Assembly: GCF_009914755.1 (NCBI RefSeq)
Contig: NC_060936.1
Length of the DNA: 64,000 nt
Strand: one strand, 5' to 3'
From: the human T2T-CHM13v2.0 reference genome, Homo sapiens
Shown piece by piece: positions 32,947 through 47,793 of the stretch. Below the pieces are notes generated by a model. The model was not told the origin of the DNA and made no database searches. It saw nothing but the letters and a program-made list of their open reading frames with translations. The position numbers were made by a program, and so were the translations under genes. Positions within the stretch are counted from its first letter, which is position 1. Each line of letters opens with the position of its first letter.

Positions 32947-34936
32947 AACAAAGAAAATAAAAACAAATTAAATGAAATAGAAAACAAGCTGTAAGAGAAG
33001 ATCAGTGAAACTAAAAGCTAGCTCTTAGAGAGGATTTAATGACTTAATTAGATGTGAAATACATAGTGAGACAGATTGTTCATGAAGAAAAGACCAGATA
33101 TTATAATAATTTTAACAGTGACTTAATCTGATGTCCCTTCAGACTTCTATTACTAAAGAATTAATTAGTCTGCTTTTATTCTGGTTAATAGAACCTGCAA
33201 CTGAACTCTCAGATTTTTTTTATCAATACTAAAACACAAATCTAATTAGAATTTAAACTTTTTCTTTTAATAGCTGCGTTTGGATAACCTATCCTGTCTC
33301 TTAGCTTATGTATTCTTCTATGAAATGTAGTTTCTGTAACAAGTTATTTTAACATTTTGGACATTGACATTTTTGTCGTAGAAGAAAAAATTAACAGACA
33401 ACTAACTCCTTTTTCCTCTGGGAGGGTATGTATACCTGGAGATATACATTGATAGCAAAGAAGTCTATTTCAGCAAGTTTCTTCCTTCTTCCCTTCTTCC
33501 TTTTTTTTCCCCCTTCCTTCCTTCAGACAACGTTATTCTTTATGTCGTTGGGACCAGGGGTTTCATCTCCCTGCACATGCACCTGGCACGGTTCAAGAGG
33601 AAAAACATTTGGATATAAAATATCTTTCATGTCAGTAAAACATGAAGGAATTACTCCTTTTGCTTTTTGGTCTTATCTTGAGAAGAGCATACTATGAGAG
33701 CCCCTTAAGAGCACAGAGTCATTTATATGATCTGTGTAACATCTAATGCTCTGTGAGCTGTCAGATATTTAGTGCTCAACATCATAACTATGCAGGGAAC
33801 AGACTTCACACCAAGTTTCTTCATACTAGACCTAGGAACACTAAACTTTGATCATCTTCGTGTCTTTTTGGAAATGGAGAAGTAAGTTCTTACAACTGTT
33901 TTTTTCATTCTCTGACGTGGATCAAATAAGGAATCTTTGGTCTTATCTGTCCACTTGGATCAGTTTTTTTCAGGCAGGCATACGTACTCACTCCTAAGAA
34001 GTACTTTAAATGCGTTCTGCCTTGAAAATGGATTTGTGTGTACTTTATTAGGATTTCTTTTTAAGTTTTTAAACTTATGCTAGATATCAGATATTAAAGA
34101 TTGTCTCATGTTCTAAGAAAATAACTAGCCAAGTCTACTTTCACCCACATTCCTGTTAAAGTCAACATGGAAAGGTTTCTTAACCAATTGAATGACATGA
34201 TACAGATGTTTCGCTCACTTTCTGTATATGCCTCTTTCCTTTCTTCTATTTTCCTTTTTTCTGAGAGCTGCTTTGCAGAAGACTTTGTCATGAAATACCA
34301 CATGCCATAAGAAAAATTAGCCTACATCTTTTCAAGATTGTCTTAGTCCATTCAGACTGCTATAACAAAATAACTCAGACTGAGTAATTTATAAACAATA
34401 GAAATTTATTGCTCACCATTTTGGAGACCAGAAGTGCAAGATCAAGGCAGCAGCAGATTCGGTGTCTGATGAGGGCTTGCTCTCGGCTTCGTAGATAATG
34501 CTGCTTCACTGCATCTTCACACTGCAGAAGGGCAAACGGGCTCCCTCGGGCCTTTTTCCAAGTATAATGGATACATTTATTTATTTACTCATCCATTTAT
34601 TTATTCATTCATTTATTTACTCATCCATTTACTTATTCATTCATTTGCAATAATCCTTTGAACAACTACTGTTTGCAAAAAAAAAAAAAAGTATGTTATT
34701 TGCCACCAGTTTGATAATGGAGATAACAGTTCTATATGAAAAAATCGATAGTTGGTCTCACAAGCAAAGTGTGCTGGGAGAGCAAAAACAGAAGAAAAAC
34801 ATTATTTTCATATTTTCTCTTTTGAGTGAGACACTGTCCTCTTTAGGAGTTCAGTTTCCTACCAGTGATAGAACTAGATATTTACATCTCCCAAATCAAA
34901 GTACAAACTTTGGCCATAGAACCTTGTTCCTCGTTA

Positions 34937-35015
34937 TTTTCTTTTTATTTTCAACTTTTATTTTAGATTCGGGGGATGCATACACAGGTTTGTTCCCTGG
35001 GTATATTGCATAGTA
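34937..35015 (-). mobile_element. Very short L1P 3' terminus
   Basis: caacttttattttagattcggggg...caggtttgtt...gggtatattgc matches the antisense 3' end of older L1PA/L1PB. Confidence 0.75.
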
Positions 35016-35148
35016 CCCTCAGGCCTTTTTTACAGGGATGCTAATCTCATTCATGAGGGTTCCACCCTCTGACCTAATCATCTCCAAAAGGCCCATTTCA
35101 TAATACCACCAAATCAAAGGTTAAGTTTCAACATCTAAATGTGGGGAG

Positions 35149-35515
<367 letters not shown>

Positions 35516-35716
35516 TCAGACCATAGCAAAGGTCTCTGGGGGTCCTCCCAGAAAAGAGAAATTTGATTCACAGATAATTTATTAATCGGTTTTTTTTTTT
35601 TCTATCGTTATGTACTGGAGGGAGGAATTGACTTTAAAATGTGCTTACATTATTAGGTGAAAATGTAAAGAACCTAAATCTTCAACAGTATGGGACTCAC
35701 TAAATATCCATTCAGG

Positions 35717-36021
<305 letters not shown>

Positions 36022-36051
36022 CTATTCAGCCAAATGCTGTGTAGCCAGTTA

Positions 36052-36210
<159 letters not shown>

Positions 36211-36339
36211 CTAAAACCAACAAATAAATATATATACATATGTATATATACACACATATACACGTATACATATATGTGTAATTTTTTAAAACAGTATTTT
36301 AGAATACTATTTAATGACATGAAAAAATGGTCATGATAA

Positions 36340-36600
36340 TGATGATAGCTAAAATGTATTGGGTGTCAGTTTTACGCCAGACACCTTTTTAAGTGCTCTC
36401 CTTGTGTTAATTCAACAGGTTAATCCTCACAGCAGTCTTATGTAGGAGAAAACTGTTGTTATCCCCATTTTAAAGGTGAGGAAACTGAGACTCAACAGCA
36501 TTTACATAGCTTGCCTGAAGTCAGCTGGTGAGAGACAGAGCTAGAGTTTAAACTCAGGCAATTTGGCTCTTTTAAATCCCTTGCTCAGACATATTACATA
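36340..36600 (-). mobile_element. MIR
   Basis: atccccattttaaaggtgaggaaactgagactca. Confidence 0.75.
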
Positions 36601-36951
36601 TCTCTGTAAATTTTTTTTATGAAACTAGACAAACTATTTTTAATTCATCTAGAAACTAAAATGTGTTAAAAATAACCTGTCAAATTTTGACAGAGTAGAA
36701 TTGGTGGACATATTCTACCAGGTATGAAAATATGCTATAAGATATAGTAATTTTTAAAATATCCTAGTGTAGCTGAAATAGAGAAAAAGTAGAATAAATC
36801 AGAAGAGCATGCCACTTTTTATGTTCACAGGGAGGGGACTAAATGGATACACCTAAATATTAAGAGTGACAATCACTGATAGAGGAATTATAGATGATTT
36901 TTCTTTCTTTTCTCTTTTTTGTTTGTACTTTATTTTTTAAATTATCTATAA

Positions 36952-37180
36952 TGCCAGGAGTTCAAGACCACCCTAGACAACATAGTGAGACCCTGTCTCT
37001 ACAAAAGAAAATTTTTTAATTAGCTGGGTGTGGTGGTGCCTACCTATAGTCCCAGCTACTCAGGAGGCTGAGTTGGGAGGATCACTTGAGCCCAGGAGTC
37101 TGAGGTTGCAGTGAGCAGTGATGATGCCACTGTACTGTACAGCCTGGGTGACAGAATGAGACTCTCTCTAAAATATAACA
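36952..37180 (+). mobile_element. 5'-truncated AluJ
   Basis: ccaggagttcaagacca...gggaggatcacttgagccc. Confidence 0.85.
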
Positions 37181-37914
37181 AAGAAAACCCAAATTATCTT
37201 TAGTGAGTATTTTTAAATCATACAGTATTAGCAAGTTTATTTTTAATGCTTTAAAACTTCAAGTTTTAACAATATTTTACTAGTGTAACATATTGCTGTT
37301 TGATTTTATGCATCATGTACCCTGGCATTTTCTAAGCTGCTTACTCTGCAGAGTTAATTTTTCTAAAATGTTCAATATATTATTCATTTATTCAAGGCCT
37401 AAATTAACCACTCACACAGAATCACTAATCCAGTCTTCCTTTTTGATAAAGATGGAGAAAAGACAATGGGATTATAGTCCTTTTCTGGCTTAGGGTTGAG
37501 GAGAAGGATTTCAGAACTTTTAACTTATTTTTAAGACTCGAATTGTTTATTGATGGTATAAAGAAAAGCTATTTATATATATATATATGAGAGAGAGAGA
37601 GCACTTCTGTCTGAACACCTCACTGAACTCTGTAGTAAATTGTAATAGTTGTTCAATTGATTTTTTTATTGAGACCCTGTCTCTACAAAGAAAATTTTAA
37701 AATTAAGCATGGTGGCGTGCACCTGTAGTCCCAGCTGCTCGGGAAACTGAGGCCAGAGGATGGCTTGAGGCCAGGAGCTTGAGACAAGCCTGGGCAACAT
37801 AGTGAGACCCTGTCTCTTTATTTTATTTTTTATTTTTTTAAAAAGACAGTTCATGAAGTGCTTGATTTGGGGATATTGCCTCTTCCCCAAAAATTTCTGT
37901 ATCAATTTAATTGC

Positions 37915-38278
37915 CAGTCTTAGCCCAAGCTGCCATAATAAAATGCCATTAACTGGATAGCTTAATCAAACAGAAATTTATTTTCTCACAGTTTGGAGAA
38001 ATCAAGGTAGTGTTTGATTCAGTTCCTAGTGAAGGTTCTTCCTGGCTTGCAGAGGCTGCCTAATTACTGGATCCTCATATGACAGAGATATAAAGAGAAA
38101 TCCCTCTATTTTTCTCTTCTTCTTCTTACGAAGCCCAGTCCTATCAGATTAAGGCCCCACCCTTATGACTTCATTTAACCTTAATTACCTCCTGAAGACC
38201 CTGTCTCTGGGTATGGTAACGTTGGGGTTTAGGGGTTCTACATATGAATTTGGGGGAGGCACAATTCAGCCCGTAGTA
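37915..38278 (-). mobile_element. MLT1-type LTR
   Basis: cagaaatttattttctcacag, ccttatgacttcatttaaccttaattacctcc. Confidence 0.75.
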
Positions 38279-38444
38279 TTGGCTAAACTCTTTCCAGTAT
38301 CCTCAGAAATCCCATATTTAGTTTATTTTATTGCAGACAGGATTAGTTTTATCCTTTCTTATGGAACTCTTAAAATACTCGTTACTTTACAGTGTGTCAT
38401 AGAAACTTTACTTAAATTTAACCTTATGAATAATTTCTTCCTAG

Positions 38445-38543
38445 ACGCAAAATCGAATGAAGCTAATGGCCGACAACTACGAGGATGACCACTTCAAATC
38501 CTCCCATTCCAATCAAACAAATCACAAGCCCTCCCCAGACCAG
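38445..38543 (+). CDS. ERC1: ERC1 internal coding exon (99 nt)
   Basis: Acceptor atttcttcctAG ends 38444; donor CAG|GTAAGA. Translates TQNRMKLMADNYEDDHFKSSHSNQTNHKPSPDQ, continuing in frame from the previous exon. Not present in this frame in the ORF track. Confidence 0.96.
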
Positions 38544-39861
38544 GTAAGATGGCTCTGGAATGTTTTATTAAAAAACCCACACACTTAAATTTTGAAATGT
38601 TTTTGTACTAGCATGTTGCAAATTCTGAGATATAAGTTAGAAGAATAAAAATAAATAGCTAATTCAGTTCTGAAAACTCTACTCTTTTCAAAAAAATCAC
38701 AGATTCAGTTTCTTTATAGGAAGAACTGGATATTTTAAGAGCAGATACTTGAAAGATTTGAACAATAAAGAATGCTTGAATTGGGTTGAGAAAAAAATTA
38801 ACCTCAGAGATACACACTAATAATATGTAATTTTTAACTGTCTTTACTAATTTTTAACTGTCTTGGTTTTCTTTTTAAAGAAATAGTGCCTTATTAGAAA
38901 AACAAGACTCTTTCCTTACAAGCCTAGTGAGGCACAGTTTGGAGGTTATTTCTGTTTAGTTGCAAATTATGAACTCTCTGCTCATTACCTATTAAAAGTG
39001 AAGATTGAAACTTAGTTCTTCACTCCCTGTCCTTGTGGATCCCTCCAGCATGTCATGCTTAAGGAAAATTGTTGCCTTCAACTTCTCATCAATGCAAAAG
39101 AGATATTGATGAATCTGAAGGGAACCATATTCCATTCTAGTTTCTTGGAAGAAGGGAACTCTCCCCAAATCTTGAAAATGATGGATGGGAGAGAATGGTG
39201 AACAGATTACCTCATATCCCATTACCAAAAATCAAATTTTAACATCTCTATCACACCCAGTCTTAAAATATGTAGCTAAGGGAAAAAAAAAACCAGTCAG
39301 GTAATCACATCCATATGACTAAAGCATCAAGGAAAACTTTCCTGCTAAACGTCTCCACTAAATAACAGCTATGGCGTTATCTTAGCAGAAGCAGGAGAAA
39401 TAGTGCAGATGAAAGCAGCAATGGTATTCAAATTGCTGTTGCTTCCAAGATTCGGAAGGTATAGTCCTATTATGATGACGTTTCCTAAGCCAGTTGAGGC
39501 AAGCCTTGTATTTTAGAAGGAAAACAATGTAAATATTTAATGTGGGCAAAATGGAGAGCTATCTGCCTGGTGTCAGCAGTCTTTCCCTGCCAAGAGATCA
39601 TTTTACCTTTTCTGCCTGCTTCCTGATACCTGGAACTGAATTTATGCCAGGGTATATAAGATGCATGTTTGATTCCTCATGAAAACAGGTTTTTGATAAT
39701 AGAACTGGATGCCTGGAGTAGGAAGAGACAAACAGAGAAAGGTTGAAGGAAAAGCAAAACATAAAGAAAAACCTCCAACTTGGTAATTTTGCCCAGATCC
39801 AGCCCTGAGATAGAGATAGCATCTTGGAAAGTAGGAAGAAAAGAAGTATAATGACAAACTA

Positions 39862-40520
<659 letters not shown>

Positions 40521-40615
40521 TAACTACTAATTTTGATAGTTTAGGGAATTAGAATCTGTATGAGAGAGTCAAGAAATTCTCTTCTGCTACATTATGCTTA
40601 TGTCTTTGTTTTAAA

Positions 40616-40622
40616 TACTAAC
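40616..40622 (+). promoter_or_regulatory. Consensus branch point TACTAAC for the IWA exon (also a QKI/SF1 motif)
   Basis: Exact TACTAAC; no AG between it and the acceptor AG at 40683-40684. Confidence 0.7.
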
Positions 40623-40684
40623 CACCTCTTTTTCATTCCATGCTGCCCTGGGGCATTGCCCCCTTGTCATCTCTCTCCCTGTAG

Positions 40685-40711
40685 GATGAGGAGGAGGGTA
40701 TATGGGCATAG
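40685..40711 (+). CDS. ERC1: ERC1b (brain-type isoform) terminal coding segment DEEEGIWA-stop, PDZ-binding motif for RIM
   Basis: Acceptor ctctctccctgtAG ends 40684; GAT GAG GAG GAG GGT ATA TGG GCA TAG. The IWA C-terminus is the established RIM PDZ ligand of ERC1b/ERC2. Probable donor ACG|GTGAGA at 40749/40750 gives a 65-nt exon. Confidence 0.94.
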   Translation, partial: DEEEGIWA

Positions 40712-42739
40712 CCAATCAGAGGCTTAGTTCAGCCATTTTGTTCAGAACGGTGAGAAACAGCTTTCCTTAACTATAGAAATGGTTTTTGTTTGTTTTCATT
40801 TTTCTTTTTACACAGTAACTCTCACATCTCATTTCTCTGTAATTCATGAAATCCCTGGTGTGCTTTCTGTTTTTTTATTTTCACGTGATTCTTGTGTGTG
40901 TTGCTGTGCTGCTGACATAGTGGGGTTTGGATTTTGTGGCTTTTTTTTTTTTTTCTCGTTGTGTGTTAATAGTCACTTCTGTAATTTCTTTTTATACATT
41001 TTTGGGAGAACTTCTAGGACGTGTAACTAAATTTCTCCAGTTGTGATTTTATTAATTACCCTTTCTAGGGTGATTTTACAGTGTCCTGGCAAGGTTTATA
41101 GTAATTTTATATGAAATTGGCAATAGAAAATTGATCAAGTACTTTGCTCATTGGCCTAAGTTTGAGGTATACTTTTTATGATGATTAATTATAAATACAT
41201 GGTGTTTAAAAAAAAAACTGTACTGTGAACTAAAACCTCCTTTTGTTTGTTTCTGTAGAAGAATGAGCTCTCACAGTCAGCACCTCGGACACATCCCCTG
41301 GGGCTTTGGCATTACCCTCAAACTATCCCTAAAAATATTGAGGAGCAAAGTAAAGGAAAACTTTTTTTAGAAGTCATTCTAAAAATTCTTTTCCCTCCCT
41401 TTTCATGGATTGCTGCAGTGTTCAACAGTTGCCAGGACACTGTCTAGATTCTCCTTTTCAGGACAATTGGCTGGAAAGTATAGTCCAGCCGTGGCAGTAT
41501 CTCCCTTTGATCTGATGCCCTTGAGGTTTGACTAAGGAAATCCTTTTCTTAGAAAAAGTAATAATTATGATTAATAAGTTCACACATATTTGGTGGCCTT
41601 GCACTCCCTGGATTCACTGCCCATGCCTATCAGTGATCTCACTCCCCTGGAGTCAGTTCTCCCTGAAATGTCTTTGTCTTGGTGTTAAACTTCTTAAAAT
41701 GATGAGGACATGTGTAGATCTCTTAACGTTGAGCACAACCAAGAAGGATGGAGAGGTAAGTTGTGGAAAGGGGCCATGCGCTGTGAGGTGGGAAGCTGTC
41801 CAGATGGCTTTATCCTGAGGGCATGAATGAAGTTGAAACGCACTGGGTCAACCAGAAAGCTCTTCAGGTTAGGATGCTGCATGTCAGAGAAAGCTAAAGC
41901 TGAGAGCAGTCAATGTGCTAATTATCTGCACTGGACAAGGGTAGGTATTTGTCATCATCAAGCATGTGAGACCGTGCAGTAGCTGGATGTAGTTTACTGG
42001 TCTCTTAGAAATGAGCATGCCCCTACCTTGTCTATTTTGGCAGAACATAGGAGCTTCTTAGCTTCCTTCAGCTGGAAGCACCACATATGTGGACATGATT
42101 ATATTTTTGTCGCAAATCCTTTTTCTGGCCAATCAGAGGAAGCCTGTTGGTATTCTAGGAAACAGGCCTATAGGTAACTTCACCAGGAGACTAGAAAGTA
42201 AGCAAATCAGTATATAAACTTGTTCCTGAAATCTTCATTTTCCTTTCTCTACCAAAATAGGATAACTTAGCTTTTTCCAATTATCGCACTATTGAGCATA
42301 TTGCACTAATATATTAACTTTCATTGGTTTAACACCATGCAATTGCAATTAGCCAGCCATAACTGGCGTTTCTATGATATGGTGTTTCCAATTTTATAAA
42401 ATGTGCTGTAAACCTCATTATATCATAAGGATTTTACCTAAAGAAATGCATGAGTGACCCCTAAAACACTGCAGAAGTTTTGACTGGCTATCCACTTTCC
42501 TTCTCCTGTTTCCTCACTAATTTTACAGAAGATAGATTTTCTTTAGAAATTCAAACTTTTGAAATTGACGATTTACCTTATCAAACTTAAAAACGTGTGT
42601 TTTGCATCTGAAACATTTTCTAGGACACCAATACATACTGATCAAGTGTGAGCCTTACTTGATGTATCCATAGATGGGAAGAGAATCACAGATGTACTGA
42701 GCTGAAAAGGATTCTGGAGTTAGGCCATTTCAGGAGAGG

Positions 42740-43200
42740 TGGTAAAACGTAACGCTTAAGAGTGTAGGCTTTGGAGCGGGATGCCTATGTTCAGATTCTA
42801 CCACCACCATGTACTAGCTTCTGATTTGGACAAGGTACGTCATTGCGCTGTACTTCAATTTCTTCATCTTTAGGATGGAGGTTGTTGTGGGGAGTAGATA
42901 AGTTGTGAGACACGTGGACTCCAGAGCCAGACTGCACAGCTTTGAATCTAGACCTCTCCACCTGCCCTGTGACCTTGGGAAAGTCACTTAAACTCCCTGA
43001 GCCCCAGTTCCTTTATCCAAAAAATGGGTTTATGAATAATGCCTACTTCCTAGGATTATTGGATAGATTAATAAGTTGATAGCTGTAGAATGCTTTGAGC
43101 AGTACTGTACATGCCTTTGTTATGCTGTTGCCGTTGTCATCATTAACTTAGATCCGTCTCCAGGAAATAGTAAGCTTTCAATAAATGTTAGTTCCTGTTG
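42740..43200 (+). mobile_element. Two MIR copies
   Basis: gtgaccttgggaaagtcacttaaactccctgagccccagtt and a similar upstream core. Confidence 0.7.
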
Positions 43201-43607
43201 TTACTAACATCATCGTCTAATCCAGTGCCCTCATTTTATAGGTCAGGATGCAAAACAAAGATTGAAAAGTTGTGACTTAAGGTCCCCAGGCATTTCTGTG
43301 GTCTGGAAGGAAGAACTAGTATCTGACAGTAAAAGAGGTAGTGAAGACATATTGATGGTGATAGCTGTCTTCCATCACCACAAGTTTCATCTCCTATATG
43401 TTGAGGAATTTTTTCCTTTGGGAAAACACCTTGAATTTTATAAAGAAATTCCCTATTGTATGACATTTAGTCAGTGAAATCTTTGAAAGAATTAGCTGTC
43501 AAGCAGCCCTCCTAAGACACACGGACTGAAGCAAGGACTGCCTCCACTCATAAAAAAAAATAACAGTTCCTTCACTCTCCTCTTGGCCTATAGAAAATCC
43601 ATGTGAG

Positions 43608-43922
43608 GGCCAGACTCGGTGGCTCAAGCCTGTAATCCCAGCACTTTGGGAGGCCGAGGCAGGCAGATTGGTTGAAGCCAGGAGTTTGAGACCAGGCTGG
43701 CCAGCATGACAAAACCCCATCTCTACTAAAAATACAAAAATTAGCTGGGTGTCATGGCAGGCACCTGTAGTCCCAGCTACTCAGGAGGCTGAGGCACAAG
43801 AATCACTTGAACCTGGGGGGCAGAGGTTGCAGTGAACCAAGATCGCACCACTGCACTGCAGCCTGGGTGAAAGAGCAAGACAGTCTCCAAAAAAAAGAAA
43901 AGGTAAAAAAAAAGAAAAAGAA
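43608..43922 (+). mobile_element. Alu (AluS-like)
   Basis: Forward Alu with A-rich tail. Confidence 0.92.
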
Positions 43923-44111
43923 ATTGGTTCTCTCTCTCACATGTCATTCTGCTCAGGCATTCATGTTAGGTGTTCTAAGTTCAATAACTAAGTAGAATTT
44001 GAGCATGATTTGATAAGTTATGTAACTATTCAGTAAATCACTTGAATAAATGTCTATATTGTAATGTGTTTAAATTGCACTGGGTCCAATAGCCATGAAG
44101 TCTTATATGAC

Positions 44112-44826
44112 TATCTCAGTCAGCTCAGGCTGCTATTGAAAATATCATAGACTGGATGGCTTAAACCAGCAGTCCCCAACCTTTCTGGCACCAGGAACCG
44201 GTTTCGTGGAAGACAGTTTTTCCACAACGGGGGCTTGGGGAAGATGGCTTCACAATGAAACTGTTCTTCCTCACATCATCAGGCATCAGTTAGATTCTCA
44301 TCAGGAGCGTGCAACCTAGATCCCTCCCATGCCCAGTTCGCAGTAGGGTTTGCGCTCCCGTGAGAATCTAATGCCGCCGCTGATCCAGGAGGCGGAGCTC
44401 AGGCTGTAATGCTCGCTTGCCCGCCACTCCTCTCCTGCTGTGCTGGACAGTTCCCAACAGGCCACGGACAGGTGCTGGTTCAGGGCCCTGGGGTTGGAGA
44501 CCCCTGGCTTAAAAAACAAACATTTATTTTTTACTGTTCTAGGGGCTGAAAGTCTGAGGTCAGGATCCCAGCGTGGTCAGATGTTTGGTGAGGACCCTCT
44601 TCCTACTTTGCAGATGGCTGGCTTCTCACTGTGTCTTCACAGGGCTGAGAGAGAGAGGAAGCAAGCTGTCTCGTGGTGTTTCTTTTTATAAAGGCACTAA
44701 TTCTATCATGAGGGCTCCACCCTCAGGACCTAATAATCTTCCCAAAGCCATCCAGATACCATCATTTTGCAGATTAGGGTTTCAACATATGAATTTTGAG
44801 GGGACACAAACATTCGATTGATAGCA
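44112..44826 (-). mobile_element. MLT1A-like LTR hosting MER1B
   Basis: catagactggatggcttaaa ... gaattttgaggggacacaaacattc. Confidence 0.75.
44167..44506. mobile_element. MER1B (hAT-Charlie) with 8-bp TSD
   Basis: Termini cagcagtccccaacc / ggttggagacccctg; flanks gcttaaac / gcttaaaa; 340 bp. Confidence 0.88.
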
Positions 44827-47793
44827 ATGACGTTGCTGACTCATAGATCTCAGTGGTGCACATGTGACTTAGTCTCCGCCCAACAGGGAGTTCCAGAGCA
44901 AAGATTTCCTATGTAAGTTAGTTTATCCATGCCACTCTCTATCCGTTTACTGTAAGTTTTCTTCTTTTTTCTTTCTCCTTTCTTCCCCTCCTCCCCACCT
45001 CCTTTTACCCTCCCTCCTCCTCCTCCCTCCTTACTGTAGAATGTAGGCCCCATGAGGACAGGGACTTTAATATATTTACTTATGTATTCCCATCATTTAA
45101 ATAAATGCCCAGGATATAGTAGGTCCTCAGTAAATATATATGTGTGTGTGTGTCTGTGTGTGTGTGTATTTATTTAACTACTGAATTCACAAAAATCCAG
45201 AAAAGTAAAAGTAAAGTTTACATTGAAACCAGGAGCATAGAAATTGGTTGTTAGCTTTATTGTCAGCACTGCTATTACTAGAAAGGGAAGATAAGAAAGA
45301 TGAATGGAAACAAAAGAATTTTAGAGAAATGTTGAGAATTTAAAGGAAAATCATAATGAAGTCCTAGAGTCTGCCTCCTGAAATTTTACACTGAATATAA
45401 TGGAGTTGAATGTAATTCTGAAATCTTTTTCATTTACCAACTGAAAATCCTTCGGGTAGAAACTTTCCTTCCAGTAACCTGTGGTTCTTAGCCATCAAGA
45501 AGAACAGCATATGCTCTTTCTGGACTTCACCCCGTGGAGCAGTTTGTGTGAACTGGTGCTAGGTCCCTTCAGTAAAGGATGGACCTACCAAGGGGCTTAA
45601 AAGTTGGTCTTGGTATAAGAACATGCCACTTACTACAATCTGGAAATGGCCTGCCTATTAGATCAGCACTGTAGCATCTCAAAACAGGATTTGGACCAGT
45701 ATGCTAGACTTTTCTTTTTCATTAGAGATGATGTAAATATTAACACAAACTTTTAAGACAAGTGTTGTAAAACAAGCATCTCCTTCTCTTTTGGCATTTC
45801 CTTTTTGTCCATCTTAGTGGAGTTGTCAGTGTACTTATCAGTTGGAAACATCCTAAAATTATTCTCATTGCAACAGTGCAACAATGGAAGCCTTAAATTT
45901 CTAGAGAATACATCCATAGAAGGGAGGTGTTAAATTATCTTGCAGAATTAAATGGTGCAGTGAATTGCACTGCTTTCTTGGTATGGAGAAAATGGTCCAA
46001 AAACCAATTTGGGCCAATATCAGGACTGACTTTTGATATGACAGACAAGGAAGAATTCGATCCTCTATTTTCAGAAGTGGATCAGAGATTTTAGCAAGAA
46101 ACTTCTTTCCTGGAAAGCTTAGAACAAAGCCAATGGAATTAAAGAAGCACAAGGATCTAGCTGCTGAGAAATAGGAGGGAGAAAATGAACATTTATTAAG
46201 CATTTACTATAGGTCCAGCACTTTCATGTATCTTATCTCATACAGGGCTCATAGACGTTAAATAATTTTCCAAGATTACACAGCTAACAAGCGGCAGATA
46301 TTTAAACCCAGGACAGACTCCAGACCCCCTGCTGTCTCCATTACACCATACCCAAAGAGGAGTCTTCCATTTTCCAGTCTAGTTCCTTGGACATAGTAGA
46401 CAACTCCATGGAAGGGTGTTGAATTGAATTGAATTCCTAACTGGGGAAATAACAAAATGGTCTTTGCTGGTAAGGAATATCTGTAGGTTACCCAAGACAG
46501 ACCCTCACTGAAAAGAAACTAAGTGGTTTCTGAGTTCACTGATAAATGTGACTAACCAGGAATCTAGTGAGGAATTTGGAACTATAGAAGGGAGAAAAAG
46601 GAGGTCTTGGAGGTTGAGTAAAGTTTGGGAAGATGAAACAGGAAAAGAAAAGTTTTCAGATAGGAACTAACTTCAAGGAGGTTCCAACCTAAGAATGAGA
46701 ATATGATGTGTAGGGGCTGGTGAGGAAACCAGCCCAAGTGAAACAGAGGGTGTCTGTCCTTCCATTGGTTCCATGGCTATCCCCACCCACACTTCTGTTT
46801 TAATATTGGACACCCATAATTCAAAGAGACAAACTACAGATGTGAGGAGCTCACAAGAACAGTTACATATTAAGCTTTACAGAGAATTAAAGTAGTAATC
46901 AGCTGCCTTTGGACGTTGTCTGAATCACTGTCTTCTAAGTTGATTGTCCCTTTATCTAGTTCTGTTGCTTTCAGGTCCTAGTCAGAAGGTGGGCTTTGGA
47001 ACCAGATTACTTGGTTTCAAACTCCTGTGTACCTCACTTTCTTCATTTGTAAAATCAGGATAATAATACACCTGCCTCAGAGGGCTGTTTGATGATTAAA
47101 TGAAGTAACATAAAGCCCTTAAAACAGAACAATGCTTTTACATATCAGTAGTTGCTCAGTTAATGTTAGCTATTAGCTGGCTTTAACCTGAAGGCACAAG
47201 CTGACCACTTATAGCATTAATACCCTTCCTGCTTTTATCGTTCCCCTCCCTTCTTCACTTTCTCTGTCTTCCTCTTGGCTCTCATTTAATGGGAGTATTG
47301 AATAAGAGTTCCTTACTCTTCAACTCTGGATTCAAACTATTCTTGCACAACCTGAACTCCAGTTTAATAGTGTTTCCTCTATATGCTCAGAAATGTCTTT
47401 AGTTTACTGTTTGACCTCGGCACACCACCTGTTTTCTGCTTTTCAGGTTTCTCTTCTTCCCTCCTCTCCACAAAGAAATTTAAAATCTTCATTTCTGCTT
47501 TTCACTGTTTTCCAGAGGGTTCACTCCCTTTACACCTCATCCTTCTGTCCTGGATTCTCACTAGCTGTCTCAGAACTCTGCCATCTGCTATTAAAAGCCA
47601 AGCTTTCTGCCAGCCCTTTTTGCATACCATACTCAGCAGGTCCCTTCTGTGTGCCTCTATCTTCTCTAAGTCACCATCTCATCTCATGAGCATGTACTGA
47701 AACACATAAACAGTTTTGCTACTGCTGCTGCTTTTTTTTTTTTTCCTTCTCCCAAGCAACTTGAACCTATGTCAAATCAAAAAAGATTTTGGA

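Noticed and set aside
38165-38488. 107-aa ORF overlapping the second exon
   Set aside because: Different frame from ERC1 and starts inside an MLT1 LTR.
38828-38864. 20-bp period tandem duplication taatttttaactgtctt
   Set aside because: Ordinary slippage duplication with no apparent function.
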